35,109 nt of DNA, taken from positions 1 to 35,109 of the IMG/VR virus record IMGVR_UViG_3300032212_000094. One strand, given 5' to 3'. Below the pieces are notes generated by a model, which was not told where the DNA came from, did no database searches, and saw only the letters and a list, made by a program, of their open reading frames with translations. Shown here one piece after another: positions 9,377 through 17,558 of the stretch (position 1 is the stretch's first letter; the number at the start of each line of letters is the position of its first letter). A program made the position numbers and the translations under genes. This stretch comes from a virus. Taxonomy: Duplodnaviria > Caudoviricetes.

Positions 9377-9613
9377 ATGAAGCCATTAGAAAATGAAGAT
9401 GAACATCCTATATTAACGTTCGCGGCATGGTTTGTTTTTTGGATGATTCTTGGCGGCTTTATTATTGCGTCAACCGGATGCAGCCTTTTACCAAAAGCAG
9501 AGGTCAGCCCAACGGTTAACAACCCAACGGTCGTAACGCGGCCAACTATCGTGATGGTTGATTGTGGTTCTGATGAGAGCGTTGAGCCAATCAAGAACGG
9601 CAATGCTCTCTGA
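9377..9613 (+). CDS. Small membrane protein, possible lipoprotein
   Basis: Hydrophobic stretch ending in lipobox-like STGC, then Pro/Thr-rich tail; overlaps the lipase start. Confidence 0.55.
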   Translation: MKPLENEDEHPILTFAAWFVFWMILGGFIIASTGCSLLPKAEVSPTVNNPTVVTRPTIVMVDCGSDESVEPIKNGNAL

Positions 9614-10187
9614 TTACGATCTTGCTCAATATGCATTGCTGGGTTATGACCAGCCAAATATCATTGTCGATAACGCAGCAGCTTATGTTGGTATTGATGG
9701 TGGCGAAACAATCGTTGCGCCGGCAGGCACTAATGACTTCAAGGATGCATGGGCTGATATAAAAGCCGTTCCTTGGTGGCCAGAAGAACTTGGCGTATGT
9801 GTTCATGCTGGCATGTGGTTCTACACAAAGAAACTCATCAAGCCTGTCATGGCGCAGATAATCATGAATGATCTTCCTGTTCGTTTTATTGGGCACTCTC
9901 TTGGCGGTCAAGCATCTGGAATGCTGGCCGCGCTTGCTATTGAATACGGCCATGAAGTAGTGGACTGGACAACGTTCGGCTGCCCACGTGGCGGCTTTAG
10001 TGATTACAACGACCTCACCAAAATGATTCCTGGGAAACGTTTTCTGCGTGAAGGCGACCAAATTGGTGCTGTTCCAACGATACTTGGCTGGAGCCATGAC
10101 CGAGAAGCCACCATGTTACCTGGTAGTGATGGCCTAATAGATCACTTGATGAAAGACTATCTTGAAGCGATACCTGACACCGCATAG
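9603..10187 (+). CDS. Class-3 lipase-like alpha/beta hydrolase
   Basis: AGT oxyanion loop, VHAG, GHSLGG nucleophile elbow, TFGCPR, D...VP and C-terminal DH; likely start ATG 9603. Confidence 0.88.
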   Translation: MLSDYDLAQYALLGYDQPNIIVDNAAAYVGIDGGETIVAPAGTNDFKDAWADIKAVPWWPEELGVCVHAGMWFYTKKLIKPVMAQIIMNDLPVRFIGHSLGGQASGMLAALAIEYGHEVVDWTTFGCPRGGFSDYNDLTKMIPGKRFLREGDQIGAVPTILGWSHDREATMLPGSDGLIDHLMKDYLEAIPDTA

Positions 10188-10191
10188 CTGC

Positions 10192-10220
10192 TTGCATTCT
10201 TACTATCATCTCTTTACGCT
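10192..10220 (+). promoter_or_regulatory. Putative sigma70 promoter for the GrlR-like gene
   Basis: TTGCAT-17 bp-TACGCT in the intergenic region. Confidence 0.5.
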
Positions 10221-10274
10221 TTAACCTCAAATTTTAAGGGTATTTGTCCGCAAACAGCGGCAAGGAGCATTTCA

Positions 10275-10607
10275 ATGCTGGAAGCGTTATATGGAGCTGA
10301 ATTCAGCTCAAATCTTGGTGATATGGGTTATGGAGTTGCCGTTGTTGAAACTGGCCGTATCCTGGGTGGAGACTCATCATTTGTTTTTGTAGGTAGCTAT
10401 GAAGTTGAAAACGGCATTATTAAAGCAGATGTTAAATGCACCAATGATCGTGGAGTGATGGAATCAATCTTTGGTGACATAAAAGAATACACAGTGCGCG
10501 TTCAAGGCGCGCCAGCTGATGATGAATTTACTCTTAATGGTCACGTTGTTGAAAACCCAGCAATGCTCGTTGAGGTTAAGCTAACCAGAAGGGCGGAACT
10601 GCCATAA
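10275..10607 (+). CDS. GrlR-family beta-barrel protein (moron)
   Basis: Y...F.S....G.G......G.I.GGD.....G.Y pattern resembles LEE GrlR; AAGGAG SD. Confidence 0.7.
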   Translation: MLEALYGAEFSSNLGDMGYGVAVVETGRILGGDSSFVFVGSYEVENGIIKADVKCTNDRGVMESIFGDIKEYTVRVQGAPADDEFTLNGHVVENPAMLVEVKLTRRAELP

Positions 10608-10611
10608 AAGG

Positions 10612-10852
10612 CCTCCCACGGAAAAATGCAAATATAAGCAAATCAAACACATACGGTTAGTGAGAAGTAGTGATTTGTGGGAGAGGCCGCTATTCGATTT
10701 CTTTATAAATCATAATGTTACATTGATTACAGCGATAGGCTACGAACCAGGCGGTCGGGCGTTCGAATCGCTCCAGGCGCGCCATTTTTAAAGGGATACA
10801 GCGGAACGGACTCTGCTCAATCCTCCCACAAATGGGGAATCCTCCCACAAAT
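10612..10852. repeat. Integrase arm-type sites flanking the attP core
   Basis: AATCCTCCCACAAAT direct repeat at 10819-10833 and 10838-10852; inverted copy ATTTGTGGGAG at 10673-10683; partial CCTCCCAC at 10612; IHF-like AATCATAATGTTA near 10708. Confidence 0.7.
10738..10784 (+). other. attP core: 3' half of tRNA-Arg(ACG)
   Basis: GGCTACGAACCAGGCGGTCGGGCGTTCGAATCGCTCCAGGCGCGCCA gives anticodon loop (ACG 10742-10744), T-arm, acceptor 3' strand and CCA; no D-arm or 5' acceptor strand upstream. Confidence 0.88.
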
Positions 10853-11094
10853 TAGCGTTTATGGTGTTGGTGCTTAGTAAGATTGATGCCCAAATCAACG
10901 TATTTATATGCTAAAAATTTGCCAAATCATGACAAAAGGCTCATATTTATCTTTAATATTTTTGTGTATGGTCGATAAATAATAATAAGTTAAGAATGAA
11001 CTAACGCGTATAAAACAGATCAAATTTATATCAGTTGTGGCTGACTGCATCACTGATAATGATAAAATATTATCTTAATTTAAAGGGGCAGAAT

Positions 11095-11580
11095 ATGGCT
11101 CATTCATCACTTGCAGTAGCAAATTTTTTATTAAAACAAGCAGGGGAAAATGGTGTAGCTCTTACTCCCATGAAGCTATTGAAGCTTGTTCATATGTGTC
11201 ATGGCTGGGTTCTTGGGCTTACTCATAATCCTTTAATTGAGGAAAGAATACAGGCTTGGAAGTATGGCCCTGTCGTACCTGAGCTGTACGCCGCGGTTAG
11301 ACCTTATAGAGATCAGCCAGTTGATTTACAGCATTGTTGTACACATGAATCTGATTTTTCAGAAGACGAAACTGGAATCATGAAACAGGTGGTTGATATT
11401 TATGGTAGGTATACAGCAATTCAGCTATCAACGATGACACATGAGGCTGGCACGCCGTGGTCTATCACATGGGAAAAACACGGTAAAAATGCTCCTATTT
11501 CAAACGACTTGATAGAGGATCATTACGCAGCTCTTTACGCTAAATATTCAGAGTCAGAGCAGACACAAGCATCAGCCTAA
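11095..11580 (+). CDS. Panacea / DUF4065 (SocA-like) antitoxin-domain protein
   Basis: VANF, LTPMKL.KL, AW.YGPV.P.LY, L...TH...TPW signature motifs; ATG 11095 preceded by AAGGGG. Confidence 0.88.
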   Translation: MAHSSLAVANFLLKQAGENGVALTPMKLLKLVHMCHGWVLGLTHNPLIEERIQAWKYGPVVPELYAAVRPYRDQPVDLQHCCTHESDFSEDETGIMKQVVDIYGRYTAIQLSTMTHEAGTPWSITWEKHGKNAPISNDLIEDHYAALYAKYSESEQTQASA

Positions 11581-11924
11581 TGTCATTTGATATCCCATCG
11601 ATAAACCCTAGCGGTGAAGTGGATGACAAGGCCAAGGATGAAACTGATGCTTTTTCTGAAAATGAAAACCTAGAGGCTGAGGCTACACGGAATAAACATA
11701 ATCGGAAGCAGCGGATACTGCATCATGTTTCATTTGCAATGGTAATTGTGTTTTGGGTGGCTGTTTTACTTGCGTTAGGGGCGATTGTCTCATGGGCTTG
11801 GCATTTCTTAACACCAGAACATAAGCATTATCTAACGCCTGAACAAATTAATAAAATTGAGACTGTTATATTTACTGGGGCAACAGCCAGCTTGGTGCAG
11901 GCTTATGCTAAAAAACATTTATAA
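11580..11924 (+). CDS. Membrane protein, candidate PanT-type toxin
   Basis: Coupled by TAATG overlap to the Panacea gene; acidic N-terminus and one or two hydrophobic helices. Confidence 0.6.
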   Translation: MSFDIPSINPSGEVDDKAKDETDAFSENENLEAEATRNKHNRKQRILHHVSFAMVIVFWVAVLLALGAIVSWAWHFLTPEHKHYLTPEQINKIETVIFTGATASLVQAYAKKHL

Positions 11925-11929
11925 ATAGC

Positions 11930-12991
11930 TTAGTTCTTCGGCCTACCTAATGGCCACACTCCGACTGGTTTGCGCCGGTAAATTCTCTGAGTAGTTTCTG
12001 TGCTGGCATGGCCAAGTCGTTCGCTGGCTTCGATCAGTGAACTTGAATCACTTCCCACTTTTGCTCGCAGGTCGCGTTCTTGGAACCGATCGACAATTGT
12101 TGTTTGTTCCATTGCTCTGTCCATGAATCGCTGCCATAAGCTATCGAATGCGTTCTTGTTGTATGGCTTTCCGTGTTTGGTTGTGAATAATGTGGCGTTG
12201 CCGATGCGGTGCGGTGGTATGGCTTTAATATCTTTAATCAGTTCACGCAGTTCATCTGTCCAGTAGATAATTAAACGTTTACCACTGGACTTGGCAGTTT
12301 TGCTTGGTTGGCAGTGAATGCCATCTTCCTGCAGGTTGGATAGCTGCAGGGTTAAAATGTCTTTGCGGCGAAGGCCTGTCATTAGTTTGAAATGGATATA
12401 AAGTTTAGCCAGGTTAATGCTTCTTGGTTGGTGGCCAGTGACTTTCATGCATTCTTCAATTTCCCAATCTTCAATGAGTCGGTCACGTGGTGGCGCGCTT
12501 GGCAGGCGAACGTTGCCGAGTAGGGCGTTGTTGTTGAGTGTTCCCCATTCAACGCACTTGGTTAATATGTGGCGAAGCACTTGGATGTCATGTTTTGCTG
12601 TTGTCATGCCACGCACTTTTCTGGTGGCATTGTAATAACCGTAGGCATCAATTGGTTGAACCATTGCTGGTGTCATGTTGCCAAACACAGGTCGCAATCT
12701 TTTAATGCTGCCTTGGTAAGAATCCTGTGTACCTTCGGCCAGCGTTGGAACGTGTTCAATAAGGTAAGCATCCATTGCGTCGCTCATGGTGTTAACGCTG
12801 TCGTGATCACCCATGCGCAGTGCCCACGTGGCCAGTGCTTCGGTCATGGTCTCACCAAGTTTGAATTCGGCCTTGTTATCCCATAAGTGGAGAGCATTTT
12901 TAGGCACGCGATAACGAAACGCGCCGTAACGATATCGCCAGCGCGCAGGTAACTTTTTATTTTCTTTTTTTCTATTAGCCAATGCTCGCAA
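11930..12991 (-). CDS. int: Tyrosine integrase
   Basis: TGLR, K, RDLRAK (H of HxxR replaced by R), LGH and RIY catalytic motifs; N-terminal arm-binding domain; TTG start overlapping xis. Confidence 0.92.
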   Translation of the reverse strand: MRALANRKKENKKLPARWRYRYGAFRYRVPKNALHLWDNKAEFKLGETMTEALATWALRMGDHDSVNTMSDAMDAYLIEHVPTLAEGTQDSYQGSIKRLRPVFGNMTPAMVQPIDAYGYYNATRKVRGMTTAKHDIQVLRHILTKCVEWGTLNNNALLGNVRLPSAPPRDRLIEDWEIEECMKVTGHQPRSINLAKLYIHFKLMTGLRRKDILTLQLSNLQEDGIHCQPSKTAKSSGKRLIIYWTDELRELIKDIKAIPPHRIGNATLFTTKHGKPYNKNAFDSLWQRFMDRAMEQTTIVDRFQERDLRAKVGSDSSSLIEASERLGHASTETTQRIYRRKPVGVWPLGRPKN

Positions 12992-13190
12992 AGTCCGGTT
13001 CTATTCTGGTTGCAGTTTTATTCTGGCGCACGCCCATCGTTTGCTCATACGCTTGACGGCTCACCATTGGTGAACCGTCTGGTCTAATCTTATATGGGAT
13101 CTTCATCATTGCAAGCACCTGCGTTTGCTTGCTGTGCCATTTAGCACAGGTGATATCCGCAATTTCTTGATTGGTAAGATTAATATTCAT
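12975..13190 (-). CDS. Excisionase-like protein (DUF4224-like)
   Basis: LT..EI..IT......Q...L....IP...RPDG.P.V and C-terminal EPDF; directly upstream of int. Confidence 0.78.
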   Translation of the reverse strand: MNINLTNQEIADITCAKWHSKQTQVLAMMKIPYKIRPDGSPMVSRQAYEQTMGVRQNKTATRIEPDFASIG

Positions 13191-13368
13191 TATCTATGCC
13201 GCGAAGCTTTCATGCATTTATCAATAAAAGATGCAGCAGCTTCCGTAATAGGCTTTTCTTTTTCAACGAATTCAAGGCTTGCTGCTTCTTGGCAGGAGCT
13301 ATGAAGTTCAACGCAATCACATATTGCATGGTATTCTTCGCGGGTCATATATACGGAAAACCCTTTCA

Positions 13369-13824
13369 TTATTTACACCAAAAAACGTTCTGGCGGTCGG
13401 TAGAAAAGCGTTGAGCAAGACCTGAATCAAATAATAAATCAGATAGGTTCTCGCCATCGATGATCACTTGGCCAATGTAGCTGGGTAGTTTGTTGCGGTT
13501 TTCATCACGTGCGCGGCTTGCGTAGGTGCCAAGTTTTAAGTCGTCCACGTGTAATGTTTCAGCATTGGTAATTGCGTCAACGGTGAATTGGCTGGCTTTT
13601 TTTGCCAGCACTTTTTCGCATGTAGGCACTTTGCGTTTTGAAGTACTTCGCTTTTCTGGTGTGTCGATCTCATTAAGCCGGATGGTGGCGGTGATGTGTT
13701 GACCAGGTAACAAGTAGATCTTGGCCAGCACGGTATCGCCATCGATGACGCGAAGTATTTCGGCATCGTAGTGAGCTAATGCGGTGTTGGTGAGCAACAG
13801 TAATGTGATGATGTATTTAATCAT
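13369..13824 (-). CDS. Thermonuclease (SNase-like) with signal peptide
   Basis: RVIDGDT, IRL..IDTPE and L...GLA motifs; N-terminal hydrophobic ...TALA signal. Confidence 0.82.
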   Translation of the reverse strand: MIKYIITLLLLTNTALAHYDAEILRVIDGDTVLAKIYLLPGQHITATIRLNEIDTPEKRSTSKRKVPTCEKVLAKKASQFTVDAITNAETLHVDDLKLGTYASRARDENRNKLPSYIGQVIIDGENLSDLLFDSGLAQRFSTDRQNVFWCK

Positions 13825-13835
13825 GGTTAATATCC

Positions 13836-14084
13836 TTAATTAACTTCATGCGCTTTAATATCGGGCATGCCTTGTTCCCATCCATGTACTAATGATTTTA
13901 ATGCCTGTAGTACACTGTCCCGTTCACAGTTACTGATATAATTCATGCGTGAACCTTCTTCTGCCTGAAATATCAGCAGGCTAAAATTCATTGATTGACC
14001 TGCGACATCAAGAAGGCGCTTGTCTAGTTCATCCGCAATATCACGTAGCTGCTCTGATACTAGTCTGTCTGGAGCACTAAGCAT
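13836..14084 (-). CDS. Hypothetical phage protein
   Basis: 82 aa, overlapping upstream gene, AAGGA SD; F.LL.F......NYISN..R pattern. Confidence 0.7.
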   Translation of the reverse strand: MLSAPDRLVSEQLRDIADELDKRLLDVAGQSMNFSLLIFQAEEGSRMNYISNCERDSVLQALKSLVHGWEQGMPDIKAHEVN

Positions 14085-14340
14085 GAGCGATTTCCTTTTT
14101 GTGGCTGTAACTATTCCAGCAGCACTTTTTAAACTTGTTGCCGCTACCGCATACGCATGGTTGATTTCTCATGTAATTTTTTCGGCTTTCTTTGGTCATG
14201 GGTTTGATAGTATGAGCTTGTTTTGCTGTTAATCTGAGAAGACGTTTATCTTGATCATCTACCATTTCGCCATGCTTCAATAAACTTTCCATCATTTCGT
14301 CATGGTCAGCGTTATATATTTCACCTGTATCTACGTTCAT
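14077..14340 (-). CDS. SEC-C motif protein
   Basis: RNQPCVCGSGNKFKKCC matches the SecA C-terminal metal-binding motif; GGAGG SD. Confidence 0.8.
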   Translation of the reverse strand: MNVDTGEIYNADHDEMMESLLKHGEMVDDQDKRLLRLTAKQAHTIKPMTKESRKNYMRNQPCVCGSGNKFKKCCWNSYSHKKEIAHA

Positions 14341-14612
14341 TGTTCTACCTCCAGCTTGCAGTCATGTTCTGAAACCGTATAAAAACAAACAGGTTTCCCG
14401 TTAAGCCTGTCAACACACATTGCTGCATAATCATCAATGCCTGATTTTGATACAATCCAGTTCCCGTCAAAACGTTCGAATGTGATTGTTCTTTTGTTAC
14501 CAGGGCATTTTGTTACTCTGATTCTGTCGCCTTTTTTAAGCACTTTCTTGGCATTCGCTACGGCTTCATGAAAGCGTTTTTTATTTAATTTTTTTTGTTC
14601 GTCCGTGATCAT
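14337..14612 (-). CDS. Hypothetical protein
   Basis: 91 aa; ATGA overlaps with both neighbours. Confidence 0.68.
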   Translation of the reverse strand: MITDEQKKLNKKRFHEAVANAKKVLKKGDRIRVTKCPGNKRTITFERFDGNWIVSKSGIDDYAAMCVDRLNGKPVCFYTVSEHDCKLEVEQ

Positions 14613-15088
14613 TGTTCTTTCTCCGCAATTTCAATATGAACAAGGTCGTCAAACTTCTGGTCACGGTAGTCACCATCACCATCCCAGTCGGCACCAAAGC
14701 GTATTTCGTATTGGTCGGCCAGCAGTGGATAGCGGTCACACATTTCTGTCCAAGCGAACCGGAACACGGCAACCATTTCGTAGAACTTCACGCGTTCTTT
14801 CCAGTCCAAATCACGCGCATGCAGGGTTTGGCCTTCGAGATCTCCCCAATTTTCAGGTATTGGGTATGGTGCGGCGTCCACGGCCATCGATGGCATGCTG
14901 TTGTGTTTGCTGTTGGGCCATTGTTTACTGCTTGCACCGGATTCATGGGCAGCGTTTTGGTCTGCTTCGTTACGGTGGCCAGTTAATATGGTGATATCAA
15001 AGTTTGATACAACGTATTGGCATAGGTCGGCCAGCACGTAGTGAACCATTGATAGATTGGTTTCTGATTTTTTTCCAAATTGCGGCAT
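14609..15088 (-). CDS. M15-family L-Ala-D-Glu peptidase (T5-type endolysin-like)
   Basis: G.R...Q, SKH......AVD Zn ligands, GADWDGDGD Ca-loop-like segment, D..H.E. Confidence 0.85.
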   Translation of the reverse strand: MPQFGKKSETNLSMVHYVLADLCQYVVSNFDITILTGHRNEADQNAAHESGASSKQWPNSKHNSMPSMAVDAAPYPIPENWGDLEGQTLHARDLDWKERVKFYEMVAVFRFAWTEMCDRYPLLADQYEIRFGADWDGDGDYRDQKFDDLVHIEIAEKEQ

Positions 15089-15089
15089 G

Positions 15090-15392
15090 TTAATTTCCTT
15101 TTAATTCTTGCCATCCCCACGCCGAACGGTAGTCGTTCGGGTGCTTTGACGTTATGTTATGTGACATAGGTTTTGGCCAGCTAACCGATTTCACTGGGTA
15201 GTTGAGAGTGCTGCGCCGGTAGCTGCCTTTGAGTGATAGAATTAAGATGTCACCGGCACGGATGTTTAGGTTATGCACTTCGGTTCCTACCCATCCACCG
15301 CTGTTGCTTGGCCGACAAGCGATCACCTTGCCAGCTTCAATATCCCACTCAAGAAAGGATTGCCCGTGGTTTTCGAGGGTGACGGTGATCAT
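15090..15392 (-). CDS. Hypothetical protein
   Basis: 100 aa; ATGA overlap with parB; D/N.GQ.FL.W pattern. Confidence 0.65.
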   Translation of the reverse strand: MITVTLENHGQSFLEWDIEAGKVIACRPSNSGGWVGTEVHNLNIRAGDILILSLKGSYRRSTLNYPVKSVSWPKPMSHNITSKHPNDYRSAWGWQELKGN

Positions 15393-17056
15393 TCGTCGTC
15401 AGCCTTGGCCATGTTGTCGAATACCCAACGCATTGTTAGCGGTACACCAATAACGTCGGCATGCTTTAGTATCATCATGTCGAAGCGTTCACCTTCTGTG
15501 AGTTTAAGATCGCTATCTGGTATAAGTGGCAAATCTAGCGTGGCTATGAAGGATTCAATTTCTTCGTCGGTGTGTTCGTTTAACCAGGCTTGGTCGATGC
15601 GGTAGTCATCGATGCTGACTTTAAGCATTGCGGCCAATTTAAGAACGGTGCTGTGGTGCAGCGCTTGAATAGTAAAACCAGCTAATGAGCAAAGGCCATC
15701 AAGATTGCTTTCACCAAGGAATGATTCAAGATCAGTTAGGCCGTGTGTCATTAGAAGATGGTCAAGGCCTTCGTCTTCAATGTACGGTTCTTGGTAGGTC
15801 AGATATTCTTCATCTGGCTCATGGATGGATTTTTGTTTTCCATCCGGCGCGTTAGCGGCAACCCAAAGAAGCAGGCCGTTGCACATAGCAGGATCGATGC
15901 TGATGCGCGTGCTAACGATGGATTCTAGCCAATGGATTAAAAGCTTTTCTGTTGTTCTTTTTTGCTCAAGCTTTTTATCAAAGCAGCTTGAATTAAAACA
16001 ACTATCAGTTCTAGTTATGCCATTTTCACCTTCGTCTTCAATGGCATCATGACGGTGTTGGCAACCTTCACAGTCTGCTTGGTTAAATCTCACTCTTGTT
16101 AGGCTATGAAAATCGCTCCAGTGCAGTTCTTGCTTATCAACATCAACACCGTTGCTGTCGTCAACGGTAAAGTCGGCTTGTTCTGGTTCGGGTTGGCTGT
16201 CGTTATGCTCAACGGGTATGGCTGTTCTTTTTGAAGCCTCAGCATTAAAGTTTGCGTAGCATGGGCGATCAAGACAAAAAGTAGCTTCGGTGCCATGCGC
16301 ACTGCTACATTTGCGAATCTTTTGGCAGCCTGTTCCTGCGCATTTTTCTTTATAGTCAAACTTGGTTTTGTAACCAGTTAATTCAGGGTGCTCTTGATGG
16401 AATGCATAAAATACGGTGTCTTGTAGTTCGCGTGTTGTTAGGCTTTCATCGGAATCATCAATTTGTTCTTTTACTGAATTAATAACAACCTGGCTTTTCA
16501 TAGCAGGCAGCAAGTACTTGCCATGCGCAGCTGTCATTTCGCCGGCACGGATTTTATCTTTAGCCCAATCAGGTAAACCGCGAAGCCGGATGATGTTGCC
16601 AATATAAGCACGGCCAAATTTGCCGACGTTGTGATCTTGCAGGGTTTTTTCTATTTCAGTGTGCTTGAGGCCATGACCTTTATGGAGCGTGAAAAACAAC
16701 TCTGACATTTCCATTGGATTAAGATCTTTGCGCAGGCTGTTTTCTTTTACCTGGTTCAGCAATATATCGAGTTCAGATTTTTTGCCGTTGTAGAGCAGGG
16801 CAGGGATGGTTTTCTTTTTAACAAGTTTGCTGGCACGGTAACGGCGCTCACCATAAACAATATAAAACCGACCAGGTTCTTCACTATTTGGTTGAACGGT
16901 GATCGGTTGCTGTACGCCTACTTTTTTAATGTCGGCAGCAAGATCGGCAAGGCTTTCTTCTTCAAAGTCTTTGCGTGGTTGATTAGGGTCAAGGTCTATT
17001 AAGCCAAGCGGTACGTCGGTGACTGTGCCTTTTTTAATTTCAAATGCTTTATCCAT
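15389..17056 (-). CDS. ParB/Spo0J-family protein with Cys-rich central region
   Basis: NQPRK.F, QPI.V, GERRYRA (CTP-binding box), EN..RKDL.P.E and HTH; two CxxC/CxxxxC clusters. Confidence 0.85.
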   Translation of the reverse strand: MDKAFEIKKGTVTDVPLGLIDLDPNQPRKDFEEESLADLAADIKKVGVQQPITVQPNSEEPGRFYIVYGERRYRASKLVKKKTIPALLYNGKKSELDILLNQVKENSLRKDLNPMEMSELFFTLHKGHGLKHTEIEKTLQDHNVGKFGRAYIGNIIRLRGLPDWAKDKIRAGEMTAAHGKYLLPAMKSQVVINSVKEQIDDSDESLTTRELQDTVFYAFHQEHPELTGYKTKFDYKEKCAGTGCQKIRKCSSAHGTEATFCLDRPCYANFNAEASKRTAIPVEHNDSQPEPEQADFTVDDSNGVDVDKQELHWSDFHSLTRVRFNQADCEGCQHRHDAIEDEGENGITRTDSCFNSSCFDKKLEQKRTTEKLLIHWLESIVSTRISIDPAMCNGLLLWVAANAPDGKQKSIHEPDEEYLTYQEPYIEDEGLDHLLMTHGLTDLESFLGESNLDGLCSLAGFTIQALHHSTVLKLAAMLKVSIDDYRIDQAWLNEHTDEEIESFIATLDLPLIPDSDLKLTEGERFDMMILKHADVIGVPLTMRWVFDNMAKADDE

Positions 17057-17067
17057 TTTGTTATTCC

Positions 17068-17343
17068 TTATGCTTTAACGATGGTGAGTAGGTTGCGCGC
17101 GTAGCCGAGTGCTTCTTTGAACTTCGCGCCGTTTTCTAGAAATTGTTGTGCGCTTTTAATGGCGCTTTCAATGTTGGTGATGGTGGCTTGCGGGAATTGC
17201 TGGGTGATTTGCGATGCCAGCTCATCTTTTATTTGATTCAATCGCTTTCGGTCGGCACGGTAACGCGCCATTGAGGTGATATTTTTGCCTGCAAGATAAG
17301 CCTGACGATCTATTTCATTTGATACATGGACGCTGTCACTCAT
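17068..17343 (-). CDS. Hypothetical protein
   Basis: 91 aa; AAGGAG SD; tightly packed in the leftward operon. Confidence 0.68.
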   Translation of the reverse strand: MSDSVHVSNEIDRQAYLAGKNITSMARYRADRKRLNQIKDELASQITQQFPQATITNIESAIKSAQQFLENGAKFKEALGYARNLLTIVKA

Positions 17344-17558
17344 AACAATTCTCCTTGTACTGGGTTGGTTGTAGATAGTTGGTATTCGTTAATGAATTCA
17401 CCTGCAGACACGATTGGCCCGCCGGTAAAGACGACGCCACCTTGCCATGTAGCAGCAACTTCGCAATGCATGCCGCTGCAGGCGCGATAAATAGCCCCGA
17501 TTTCGGGGCGAAGGGTGAAGTGACCAAGCTGGTTGATGGCTGCTGTCATGATTGCCAT
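17340..17558 (-). CDS. Hypothetical protein
   Basis: 72 aa bridging its neighbours with overlaps at both ends. Confidence 0.5.
   Translation of the reverse strand: MAIMTAAINQLGHFTLRPEIGAIYRACSGMHCEVAATWQGGVVFTGGPIVSAGEFINEYQLSTTNPVQGELL
17494..17509 (-). terminator. Possible tL-type hairpin in the leftward operon
   Basis: GCCCCG-AAAT-CGGGGC followed by TATTT on the minus strand. Confidence 0.35.

Noticed and set aside
8137-10607. Diversity-generating retroelement or invertible tail-fibre cassette
   Set aside because: No reverse transcriptase, invertase, or template/variable repeat pair seen
10700-10790. Complete tRNA-Arg gene
   Set aside because: Only the anticodon loop to CCA is present; no D-arm or matching 5' acceptor strand, so it is called as attP
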